From positions 1-64,000 of IMG/VR virus record IMGVR_UViG_3300031994_000043: a stretch of DNA of 64,000 nucleotides; one strand, 5' to 3'. Shown here in pieces: positions 28,842-36,675 of this stretch (position 1 is its first letter; every line of letters starts with the position of its first letter). The translations under genes and the position numbers were made by a program. Source of the stretch: a virus. Lineage: Duplodnaviria > Caudoviricetes. The notes beneath the pieces are model-generated. The model saw nothing but the letters and a program-made list of their open reading frames with translations. It ran no database searches and had not been told where the DNA came from.

Positions 28842-29111
28842 CTATTCGTAGATACCCAAATCCATACACTTATCACGGGCATTTGCCAAACCAATCAGTG
28901 CCCAGTAATAATCGTCATCATAAATCTTTTCGTAATTCGTGATTGGATCTGAGCCAGTGACGAACTGTTCGTAATATGCGACCTTGAACTTCGCAAATTC
29001 CAAACTAGCCTTGGCGGCTTCAACTTTCTTACCGGCATGATTAAGAGAGTTAATTTCCTTAATCTTCTTGTCGGCAGTCTTCAAAAATTCTTCGTGATAA
29101 ATTGTAACCAT
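28842..29111 (-). CDS. Hypothetical protein
   Basis: AAGGAG RBS. Confidence 0.65.
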   Translation of the reverse strand: MVTIYHEEFLKTADKKIKEINSLNHAGKKVEAAKASLEFAKFKVAYYEQFVTGSDPITNYEKIYDDDYYWALIGLANARDKCMDLGIYE

Positions 29112-29132
29112 TTCTTTACTCCTTATTAGTAG

Positions 29133-30272
29133 TTAATCGCAAAGTCCACTCTGTTCAAGCTGGTCATTCAGGTCAATGAAGTTCTTAATGAAATCGGGAG
29201 AGTTCTGTAATTCAATTCCATTGGACTGAGCATCGTTAATGGCCTGACCCAAATTCTTTGCAGTCTGTTGCATCTGTTGCATCAGCTGCGGGTCTACATC
29301 AGTTTTGGACTGAACATTATTGTCCTGTGTTCCATTCACACTGGTACCATCGTCCTTCGTTACATTCAAACCATGAGCATGGATAAGTGCGATAGCCTTT
29401 TCCAATTCGTCATCCACAGGAGTTTCAGCAACCGGAGCAAGCTCGTAGTCCAACACACCCTTAATTTCGTGTTTAGGATCTGCCCATTCGGTAAACTTTT
29501 CAACCTTGGCTATCAAACCTTCGGTAAATGCTCGGTAAGAATCCAAATCCTCAATTTCGTCACTCTTAACAACCTTGCCATGATTGTCAAACACCAGATG
29601 TCCCTGTTCGTCACGAAGGTCCTTCATCCACGGCTTAATGATTTCACGATACTTATCCCACCATTCACGGGTCTGATTCTGCTTATCGTAGTTCATCATA
29701 TTCGTGATGTTGGTTTCAAGGATAGTACGGTCACCCTCAGGATACAAGCGGTGAATAGCATTATAATAAACAGAACGATAACCAGCTTCAAATTCTGCTT
29801 CACGGCGGACCTTCGGTGAATGAATGAGCTGTTCCATCGTGTAGGATTTGCCCTTCATAAGCGGGCTAGTAAATTCGCCCTGGTCACGGGAGAAATGAAG
29901 GAAGTGACATGCTTCGTGAACGAAAATAGCAAAAGCCTTTTCAGCAGTCATTGGTTCATAGTCAGGATGTTCCTTCATAAAATCTGCCGACACAGTTTCA
30001 TCCACGAACTTAATGGTCTTATTCGCAATGTCTGGAACTGCAATTCGTGGAAGGTTGATCTGGTCCAAATTCAAAGTATTAGTGAAATAACCACCAACAC
30101 CTTCTTCCATCGGCACACCAACTGAGAAAGTTGCGAACCCAGATTCATTGTTTTCCATCGCATCCATAACAGTTGCGAAAAATTCACGGCGACCAGGATT
30201 CGGGTCATCCAAAGTCCAATCCTGGAAATCACAAGAAATGTTAAACGGCTTTTCGTCTGATTTTACGAGCAT
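29133..30272 (-). CDS. Putative zincin-like metallopeptidase
   Basis: IFVHEACH (HExxH) and downstream EAEFEA. Confidence 0.55.
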   Translation of the reverse strand: MLVKSDEKPFNISCDFQDWTLDDPNPGRREFFATVMDAMENNESGFATFSVGVPMEEGVGGYFTNTLNLDQINLPRIAVPDIANKTIKFVDETVSADFMKEHPDYEPMTAEKAFAIFVHEACHFLHFSRDQGEFTSPLMKGKSYTMEQLIHSPKVRREAEFEAGYRSVYYNAIHRLYPEGDRTILETNITNMMNYDKQNQTREWWDKYREIIKPWMKDLRDEQGHLVFDNHGKVVKSDEIEDLDSYRAFTEGLIAKVEKFTEWADPKHEIKGVLDYELAPVAETPVDDELEKAIALIHAHGLNVTKDDGTSVNGTQDNNVQSKTDVDPQLMQQMQQTAKNLGQAINDAQSNGIELQNSPDFIKNFIDLNDQLEQSGLCD

Positions 30273-30323
30273 TTATTTACCTCTTTTTCTAAGTTTTCTT
30301 AATTAAATATAGATTTTTAAAAT

Positions 30324-30560
30324 CTACTTGTCAATAGTTTTTTCATTTTTCTTTGAAATAAATTTATCGTGAACTTTCATTGCTGAGATAAAGTTCTCAA
30401 TTTTTTCATAAACCTTATCGTCTTCAATGTAAAACGGGTCAATTCCATACCAACGTTCAAAATTCACAATGAACTGCCAAAATCTCCAATCAGGGAAGTT
30501 CTGCTTATGAACTTGCTTGAGGTATTCATACAACGGGTCCAAACGATCTGCATCTCTCAT
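30324..30560 (-). CDS. Hypothetical protein
   Basis: MRD..R.....PDWRF.Q....DPFYIED pattern. Confidence 0.65.
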   Translation of the reverse strand: MRDADRLDPLYEYLKQVHKQNFPDWRFWQFIVNFERWYGIDPFYIEDDKVYEKIENFISAMKVHDKFISKKNEKTIDK

Positions 30561-30626
30561 TTCTGTTTTCCTTTAAAAAGAAAAGAACAGTCCCGTTTCC
30601 GGGACCCGTTCCGTTTTTAGTTTCGG

Positions 30627-31433
30627 TTAGGCGTCAATGCCAAATTCGTCAATGTAGTTTTCAACATTGAGGTTGACGTCAAACTTATCATTGATGCCAC
30701 GGGCGAAGGCCACAGTCTTGAGCTTTTCGTAGTCCTTGTATGAGTAGGCACACACAACCTGACCATTCTTGGTGATGTAACGGAAGCTCTTCCAGTCGTA
30801 GTCCGGCACATCCTTTTCAGTTTCTTCAAAGATACGAACCAGCTTGCGGAAGATTTCAAGGTGCTTACCATCCTTGGTCGCACGAAGGCGGTTGGTGACG
30901 AACGGACCGTTATTCTTTGCGTATTCGTCAAGTTCAGCAAGGATGTTGCGGTCAGTGCAGATGTGGTTAATCTTACGGAAGTAGACGTGCTTGGAAACCT
31001 TCCACTGCATAACGATGGACTTGTTCATAAGAAGTTCTTCTTCAACACGAACCATATTACGTTCGTATTCGTCATTCTTAATCTTCTTATCACGCTTGGT
31101 CATGACCTGTTCGGACTTCTTGACAACATCTGCGATGACCTGGTCCGGGTTGGCACGGTAGTCATCCGCCTGGATAACATACACAAAGTCCGGGGAAGTA
31201 ATCATCTTATGGTCCTTGTAACCCTTGAAGCGATACACACGGGCATGCTTCTTACCGCTCTTGATACAGAGGCGATGCTTCATCAGGCGTTCCTGAATGT
31301 CAGCGTGTTCGGCGTCGGTGAGGGGAGCCGGTTCGTAATGGGTCTTCTTTTCTGCGACAGTCTTCTTCATAGAAACCTTCTTGTTGGAGTTGAGGGTGGA
31401 AATCTTCTTGGTGGTGTTGGTGGTCTTCTTCAT
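30627..31433 (-). CDS. Hypothetical early protein
   Basis: GAGG RBS, early promoter, terminator downstream. Confidence 0.75.
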   Translation of the reverse strand: MKKTTNTTKKISTLNSNKKVSMKKTVAEKKTHYEPAPLTDAEHADIQERLMKHRLCIKSGKKHARVYRFKGYKDHKMITSPDFVYVIQADDYRANPDQVIADVVKKSEQVMTKRDKKIKNDEYERNMVRVEEELLMNKSIVMQWKVSKHVYFRKINHICTDRNILAELDEYAKNNGPFVTNRLRATKDGKHLEIFRKLVRIFEETEKDVPDYDWKSFRYITKNGQVVCAYSYKDYEKLKTVAFARGINDKFDVNLNVENYIDEFGIDA

Positions 31434-31543
31434 AGTTAGTACCTCTTGTTTTGTGGTTTTGTTTTGTTTACAGTTTAAATATAGTTATTTTAGACTGTCT
31501 TGTCAATGATTTTTGTGTATTTTTGTGTAAAAAGAAATTTACA

Positions 31544-31906
31544 TTAAAAATCTTCTGTAATTTTAGCTTGTTTTTCAATCTGTTTAGTTTCTTTGGCTAG
31601 ATAATTTAAAGCAAATTGGACGTCGCTTTCTTTAAATATGTTGAATAAATTGAAAATCTGTTTAAGATAAACAACATTATAAGATATATTGTTATACCGA
31701 ATAATATAATAAGGTTTTGACTTATTATCTGTTAAATATGTTGTACCGCAAGTAATTTCCATTTTTTTGTTATCCAACTTAATAACAAATGAACATCCAA
31801 TGTATTCTTTTGAATAACCTTCTAAAACGAAATTGTACTGATTTTCTTTTAAGAAATCTTCAATACGTTTCACATTTATTCTGTATGCGCTGTTCCAAGG
31901 TTTCAT
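31544..31906 (-). CDS. DF-tail family protein
   Basis: Ends KQAKITEDF. Confidence 0.7.
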   Translation of the reverse strand: MKPWNSAYRINVKRIEDFLKENQYNFVLEGYSKEYIGCSFVIKLDNKKMEITCGTTYLTDNKSKPYYIIRYNNISYNVVYLKQIFNLFNIFKESDVQFALNYLAKETKQIEKQAKITEDF

Positions 31907-31918
31907 ATCTTTCTCCTT

Positions 31919-32428
31919 TTACAAAGTGTCAGTTTTCTCAATAACCTCATCATAAGCGATGTTAATGAGCTTTACCATTTGTTCCCTCTCACGAAGGTAA
32001 ATTTTCATAAACATAAAATACTCCTGGAGCCTACGATAACAGAAATCTAACTTCTCTTTGAAAATGTTCAGATCACTTTTACAATCATCTACAGTCCAGG
32101 AAAATCTCCAATTTCGGTCTACATCACGATAAAGAAGATTTTTATATCCCAATTTATCTACTTCTTTACCATAACCAACACAAACAAGCGCATACTGTTT
32201 GTTGTTTTCATCAGGATTCGTCCAATCTACTCCAAAAATAGGTGCATTTTCTGTATATCCGAACTGAAGCATAGCATTCTTATAATTCTCTGGCAAATCC
32301 TTTACTGTCAAAGCATTATGGTAAATGACCCACGAACCAGGAACATTAGCTTCAATTAGTTCCTCAATCTTACCGATGTTTTTGAAAATACCCATGTGAA
32401 ATTTCCTTTTTATGGCAGTTATTAACAT
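31919..32428 (-). CDS. Hypothetical protein
   Basis: ORF in operon. Confidence 0.6.
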   Translation of the reverse strand: MLITAIKRKFHMGIFKNIGKIEELIEANVPGSWVIYHNALTVKDLPENYKNAMLQFGYTENAPIFGVDWTNPDENNKQYALVCVGYGKEVDKLGYKNLLYRDVDRNWRFSWTVDDCKSDLNIFKEKLDFCYRRLQEYFMFMKIYLREREQMVKLINIAYDEVIEKTDTL

Positions 32429-32670
32429 ACTTCTGTTACTACTTCATATTGAATGTTCTGTTTGTCAAGTTCTGCTTTGACCTGCGGCAGTTCATACTCG
32501 GCAAAACAAACTCGGTCATTGAAATCATATCCCCACTTAAATTCGTAAGTGCGTTCAATAGGGCGACATCCAAGCATACCCGGTTTACCCATAGTGGCTC
32601 TTGTAATAAAGTCCACCATTATCTTATCACCACTTTCAATATGATAAACCATTCTTACACCTTCTTCCAA
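32422..32670 (-). CDS. Hypothetical protein
   Basis: ORF in operon. Confidence 0.55.
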   Translation of the reverse strand: MEEGVRMVYHIESGDKIMVDFITRATMGKPGMLGCRPIERTYEFKWGYDFNDRVCFAEYELPQVKAELDKQNIQYEVVTEVC

Positions 32671-32972
32671 TATGTAATACGATACTTAGAACCTTCATAC
32701 AGATATGGAACCTTACCGATATAATCGTGTTCAGGATGCTTTTCCATAAACTTCAAACATTCTTGCTCAGATCCCACAAACTCACTAAACTCATACTTGC
32801 TCGGGTCATTGGGATCCGAGACCTGGAAGTCAACCGGACGCATACCCAAAACCTGCGGATGTTCGTCAAGTTTCTTGTCCATCTTTGCTTGGAACTTTTT
32901 GGCAATCTTTTCTGCTTTTGCTGCGCGGGCTATTGCCATTTCTGCCTTAGTTCTGCGGTGACGCTTTGCCAT
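32655..32972 (-). CDS. Hypothetical protein
   Basis: MAKRHRRTKAEM basic N-terminus. Confidence 0.65.
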   Translation of the reverse strand: MAKRHRRTKAEMAIARAAKAEKIAKKFQAKMDKKLDEHPQVLGMRPVDFQVSDPNDPSKYEFSEFVGSEQECLKFMEKHPEHDYIGKVPYLYEGSKYRITYWKKV

Positions 32973-32976
32973 ATTC

Positions 32977-33264
32977 TTACCCCAACTTGTTCTGGTTCAA
33001 AAGTGTAACGAATGTAGTATACTGGCACTTATCATACTTCAAATGAAGCATCTTGCCATTAACCTTCAAATCTACTCCATCGTCCTTGAATTCGCCAATC
33101 TTTCCATTATTCTTGTAAATCGCAAGTCCCATAACATTTGTCTTGTCATTCTTGAAACCCTTGATTTCACAGCCCATAACAGAAAGCAACTGCATAACGA
33201 GATTCTTATTGATGTTCATTTTCGGTTTCTCCTTAAAGTCCCATTTGAAGGTTGATAAAGCCAT
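32977..33264 (-). CDS. Hypothetical protein
   Basis: ORF in operon. Confidence 0.6.
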   Translation of the reverse strand: MALSTFKWDFKEKPKMNINKNLVMQLLSVMGCEIKGFKNDKTNVMGLAIYKNNGKIGEFKDDGVDLKVNGKMLHLKYDKCQYTTFVTLLNQNKLG

Positions 33265-33503
33265 CCAAGAAAATCAAACCAAAGAACACTACCATACCGA
33301 TAACACCCTGGAGAATGTAATTTCTCTTTTGCTTACGAGCCATAGCGCGGTTGTATTCTGTCCAGTTCGTGTAACCATTCGGGATGTATTCGTTCATAGT
33401 TGTTACCTCTTTTAATTTTCTATATAAAATATACTAAATTTAAACTGCGCTGTCAATAGTTTTATTTCCTTTTATTGTAACTTTTTCTTTACATACATAA
33501 TCT

Positions 33504-33779
33504 ATGACAATTTTTGATGGTTTCTTAACAAATAATAATGCAGTTTTAATTAACTTTGAGTCAATCTATGATAATGACCCTTATTTACAAAAGTTTACAG
33601 AAGATTCATTATATGAAAATAAGGTAATCTATAAGACTACCTTTAATGGAATTTTAACTAATCTAGAAGATCCATTGAAATGTTCTTTAACAGAATTTAA
33701 GAGTGTTTATGAGAATGATTTGTATTTAAGTAACTTTAAAGAAACAATTAAAGATGAATTAGATGAATTTTTAGTGTAA
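33504..33779 (+). CDS. Small acidic hypothetical protein with internal duplication
   Basis: FDGFLTN..FESIYDNDPYL repeated as FNGILTN..FKSVYENDLYL. Confidence 0.55.
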   Translation: MTIFDGFLTNNNAVLINFESIYDNDPYLQKFTEDSLYENKVIYKTTFNGILTNLEDPLKCSLTEFKSVYENDLYLSNFKETIKDELDEFLV

Positions 33780-34247
33780 TTTCTAGTTTGCTATCGCAAA
33801 CAAAAACATTTGAAGGATAAACCTTCAAATGTTTTTTATTTTCATAAAGGAGAATTATTAGTAACAATCTCTTTTTGGGTAACTGGGAAGTTTGAAACTT
33901 CAGCCTATTTAGGAACACTAGAACTGAAGTTTTTGATTCTTTTTGGTATAACGTATGAAGAATCACTTCTGTGGGATTTACGAATAAGCTTATGGGTCGG
34001 TCTTCCTGTACTCCAGCTACATCTTATTCAACCAAGGCGGCTATTTGTTAAACTTGCGAGGTTTAACTACGATGTTCTTTCATTCAGATGTGTACGAACT
34101 ATTACACAAAATGGCTATCCCTCTACCGATAGTGGCATTGAGTTGTACTTCGCTCCGAGGAAATAGACTTTCAAATGTCAATAGCCAAATATAGTAATTA
34201 TTACTTTATGTGTAAAAGTTTTTTATTTTTTAGATCTTTGGTTTTAG

Positions 34248-34320
34248 AGCCCTATTCGGGATTTGAACCCGAAACAGATGAGTGGAAGTCATCTATGTTA
34301 GCCAGTTACACTAATAGGAC
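34248..34320 (-). tRNA. tRNA-Gly(TCC)
   Basis: Loop CTTCCAC, U73. Confidence 0.85.
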
Positions 34321-34329
34321 TAATGTTCG

Positions 34330-34398
34330 TTGCAGGTATGGGTGCCGACCCCACTGCCACAAAGATATGAGCTTTATGTGTATGCCGATACTCCTGCA
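34330..34398 (-). tRNA. Atypical tRNA-Met(CAT)
   Basis: Loop CTCATAT; reduced D-arm, non-canonical T-loop. Confidence 0.5.
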
Positions 34399-34402
34399 AT
34401 AG

Positions 34403-34473
34403 TTGTTCGTGCTGGAATCGGACCAACATTAAGTGAGTCAGAGTCACCTGTACTACCGTTATACTAACGAACA
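34403..34473 (-). tRNA. tRNA-Gln(CTG)
   Basis: Loop CTCTGAC. Confidence 0.82.
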
Positions 34474-34480
34474 GTAATTT

Positions 34481-34556
34481 ATCCCAATGCCGGAGAACGA
34501 TTCCGAACTTCAAGTGCCACAAACTTGCGTGCTACCAGTTACACCACACCAGGGAT
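34481..34556 (-). tRNA. Atypical tRNA-His(GTG)
   Basis: Loop TTGTGGC; aberrant T-loop. Confidence 0.6.
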
Positions 34557-34563
34557 GAAGTAG

Positions 34564-34637
34564 TGCTCCATCAAGGACTCGGACCTTGGACTCATCGCTT
34601 AAGAGGCGATTACTCTGACCAACTGAGTTAATGGAGC
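34564..34637 (-). tRNA. tRNA-Lys(CTT)
   Basis: Loop CTCTTAA. Confidence 0.88.
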
Positions 34638-34643
34638 ATTTAG

Positions 34644-34717
34644 AGCGCTTGGAGAGATTTGAACTCCCGAATCGCGGAGTTGCAGTCCGCTGCATTACCA
34701 GGCTTTGCTACAAGCGC
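34644..34717 (-). tRNA. tRNA-Cys(GCA)
   Basis: Loop CTGCAAC, U73. Confidence 0.88.
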
Positions 34718-34780
34718 ATGAGATTACTGTGGAAATTTATTTAAATGGCGACGTATCCTCCACCACAGTAATCTTTTTAG

Positions 34781-34851
34781 AGCACCTATCCGGATTTGAA
34801 CCGGAGCTTCAACTTTGGTAAAGTCGCTTGCTACCACTACAACATAGGTGC
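34781..34851 (-). tRNA. tRNA-Gly(ACC)
   Basis: Loop TTACCAA, U73. Confidence 0.8.
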
Positions 34852-34863
34852 AAAATTTGTTCG

Positions 34864-34936
34864 TACTCCCGCCTGGATTTGAACCAGGAATACCAGGTTC
34901 GTAGCCTAGTGGTTTATCCAGTTAGCCTACGGGAGC
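34864..34936 (-). tRNA. tRNA-Arg(ACG)
   Basis: Loop CTACGAA. Confidence 0.88.
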
Positions 34937-34942
34937 ATTTAG

Positions 34943-35026
34943 CGGAGAATGAGAGACTTGAACTCCCAAGTGCCGAAACACAGCGGTTTTCAGGACCGCG
35001 CCCTTACCAATTAGGGGTAATTCTCC
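34943..35026 (-). tRNA. tRNA-Ser(TGA)
   Basis: Loop CCTGAAA, long variable arm, G73. Confidence 0.82.
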
Positions 35027-35030
35027 ATAG

Positions 35031-35114
35031 TAGCCCAGGTGGGAGTTGAACCCACATGCCCATAGGGCGCTTGCTTCTAAGGCAAGTACGTCTAGCCAAT
35101 TCCGTCACCAGGCC
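35031..35114 (-). tRNA. tRNA-Leu(TAG)
   Basis: Loop CTTAGAA, long variable arm. Confidence 0.88.
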
Positions 35115-35128
35115 ATAATTTGTTTTAA

Positions 35129-35199
35129 CAGAAGTACCAGGACTCGGACCCAGACGAACAGACTTGGAAACTGCCATGCTACCGTTACATCATACTCCT
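35129..35199 (-). tRNA. tRNA-Trp(CCA)
   Basis: Loop TTCCAAG, A1-T72, G73. Confidence 0.75.
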
Positions 35200-35205
35200 A
35201 TTTAG

Positions 35206-35279
35206 CGACACCGGCGGGATTCGGACCCGCGAATGATGGTTAGACAGACCACTGTGTTAGACCACTTCACCACGATGCC
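35206..35279 (-). tRNA. tRNA-Asp(GTC)
   Basis: Loop CTGTCTA, G73. Confidence 0.85.
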
Positions 35280-35285
35280 ATATAG

Positions 35286-35360
35286 TCCATAGGGATGGAT
35301 TTGAACCATCAGTCTCCACCTTATCAGAGTGGCAAACGGAACCAATCGTTATGCCTATGG
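35286..35360 (-). tRNA. tRNA-Ile(GAT)
   Basis: Loop CTGATAA; unusual D-arm. Confidence 0.75.
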
Positions 35361-35372
35361 ATAATTTGTTAG

Positions 35373-35445
35373 TGCCGCCGGGTGGAATCGGACCACCGAC
35401 GCGAAGCTCTTCAGGCTTCCGCTCTACCAACTGAGCTACAGCGGC
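35373..35445 (-). tRNA. tRNA-Phe(GAA)
   Basis: Loop CTGAAGA. Confidence 0.9.
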
Positions 35446-35451
35446 AAGTAG

Positions 35452-35525
35452 TGGATACAGACGGGGTTCGGACCCGTGACCTCTTCAGTGCTAATGAAGC
35501 GTTCTTCCAACTGAACTACTGACCC
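35452..35525 (-). tRNA. tRNA-Ala(AGC)
   Basis: Loop TTAGCAC, G3-U70, bulged U in acceptor. Confidence 0.8.
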
Positions 35526-35532
35526 AAAGTTA

Positions 35533-35607
35533 TGGACACATAAGGGATTTGAACCCTTGACATCCTGCGTGCAAGGCAGGCGTTCTACCAAACTGAACTA
35601 ATGGCCC
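35533..35607 (-). tRNA. tRNA-Ala(TGC)
   Basis: Loop CTTGCAC, G3-U70, bulged U in acceptor. Confidence 0.85.
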
Positions 35608-35614
35608 GTTTTCG

Positions 35615-35686
35615 TAGTACATTCGGGATTCGGACCCGAGTTTCCGCCTTGAAAGGGCAGCGAACTAACCGCTATTCTAATGTACC
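35615..35686 (-). tRNA. tRNA-Glu(TTC)
   Basis: Loop CTTTCAA. Confidence 0.85.
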
Positions 35687-35692
35687 GTTTCG

Positions 35693-35766
35693 TAGTGCTA
35701 TCCGGATTTGAACCGGAGTTTTAAGAGTGAAATTCTTATGTCCTAACCAAACTAGACGATAGCACC
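35693..35766 (-). tRNA. tRNA-Glu(TTC)
   Basis: Loop ATTTCAC. Confidence 0.82.
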
Positions 35767-35768
35767 AT

Positions 35769-35805
35769 AAAAGAAAAATCCCGTGGTTTGTGTTCCACAG
35801 GATTT
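35769..35805 (-). terminator. Attenuator terminator directly before tRNA array 2
   Basis: AAATCCTGTGG/CCACGGGATTT plus U-tract; overlaps antiterminator. Confidence 0.8.
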
Positions 35806-35830
35806 AATTTGTTACGCCGGAAAATTATAA

Positions 35831-35944
35831 CTAATCAAATGCCTGTGGAGAACCTCTATCTTCGCCTGCGAATGCACCTTCAAATCGTTCGTCAATGGCG
35901 AACCAATCCTGGGCGAGGCAAATGTGGGACTTAAGCATCATCAT
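35831..35944 (-). CDS. Leader peptide 2 (MMMLKSHICLAQDWFAIDERFEGAFAGEDRGSPQAFD)
   Basis: AAGGA RBS; last codons and stop pair with the terminator 5' arm. Confidence 0.78.
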   Translation of the reverse strand: MMMLKSHICLAQDWFAIDERFEGAFAGEDRGSPQAFD

Positions 35945-36137
35945 AATTTCTTTTTCCTTATATTGTATATATAACTTTTAATTCCTGTTTTTTGATTCTT
36001 TTGTTAAACACATCCAAAATAATTGTTATTGGTTTTTCAACCGCTACACAATCATTTTGTTTACATAGACAAATATAGTTTATTGTTTTTTATTTGTCAA
36101 TGGGTAAATGTAATAATTTTGATTTTTTTGATCTTCG

Positions 36138-36608
36138 TTATTTAAAGTCTTTTGCTAATTTAGCTTCTTTGATATATTCTTGCATAGCTTTTGAGGCTTC
36201 GCTTACTTCCATCCATTTGCCAAATTTAGTAACCAACTTCTGTAACTGTTCAAAAGTCAAATTCTTACAAACAGATTCAAAATCTTTCTGTATATTCCAC
36301 CAGTCGGGAACATTAGCATATCCAGTACCGGAGTAGGCAGGCGTGTAATAAAAACTGTATCTAGTATTATTCTTAACTGTACCAATTTTTATAATAGCGT
36401 CATATCCATATCCACTGTAACCAGATGAATTGAACGTGATTTTACATTCAATTCTCGGTTTGCTTTGTAGATTGCCTATAATGTCAAAGCAATCAAACTG
36501 CCCACCGAATTTTAATGTTGCTAGCTTATCAACTGCTACTTTAATGTTTTGGGCATTAGTTATAGCATTGTCGCATAAACTTTTAATTCTTTCTTCTGCG
36601 TAACTCAT
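36138..36608 (-). CDS. DF-tail family protein
   Basis: Ends KEAKLAKDFK. Confidence 0.7.
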   Translation of the reverse strand: MSYAEERIKSLCDNAITNAQNIKVAVDKLATLKFGGQFDCFDIIGNLQSKPRIECKITFNSSGYSGYGYDAIIKIGTVKNNTRYSFYYTPAYSGTGYANVPDWWNIQKDFESVCKNLTFEQLQKLVTKFGKWMEVSEASKAMQEYIKEAKLAKDFK

Positions 36609-36675
36609 TTAAACTCCTATGAAAAAGAGGGTTAGGTTGTTACACCCAACCCTCTCGGGAGGTACAACAAACTAA

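Noticed and set aside
19666-35243. Short ORFs overlapping tRNA genes (e.g. 23814-24044, 25021-25307, 25828-26106, 34175-35243)
   Set aside because: They coincide with tRNAs and structured RNAs and show no coding features
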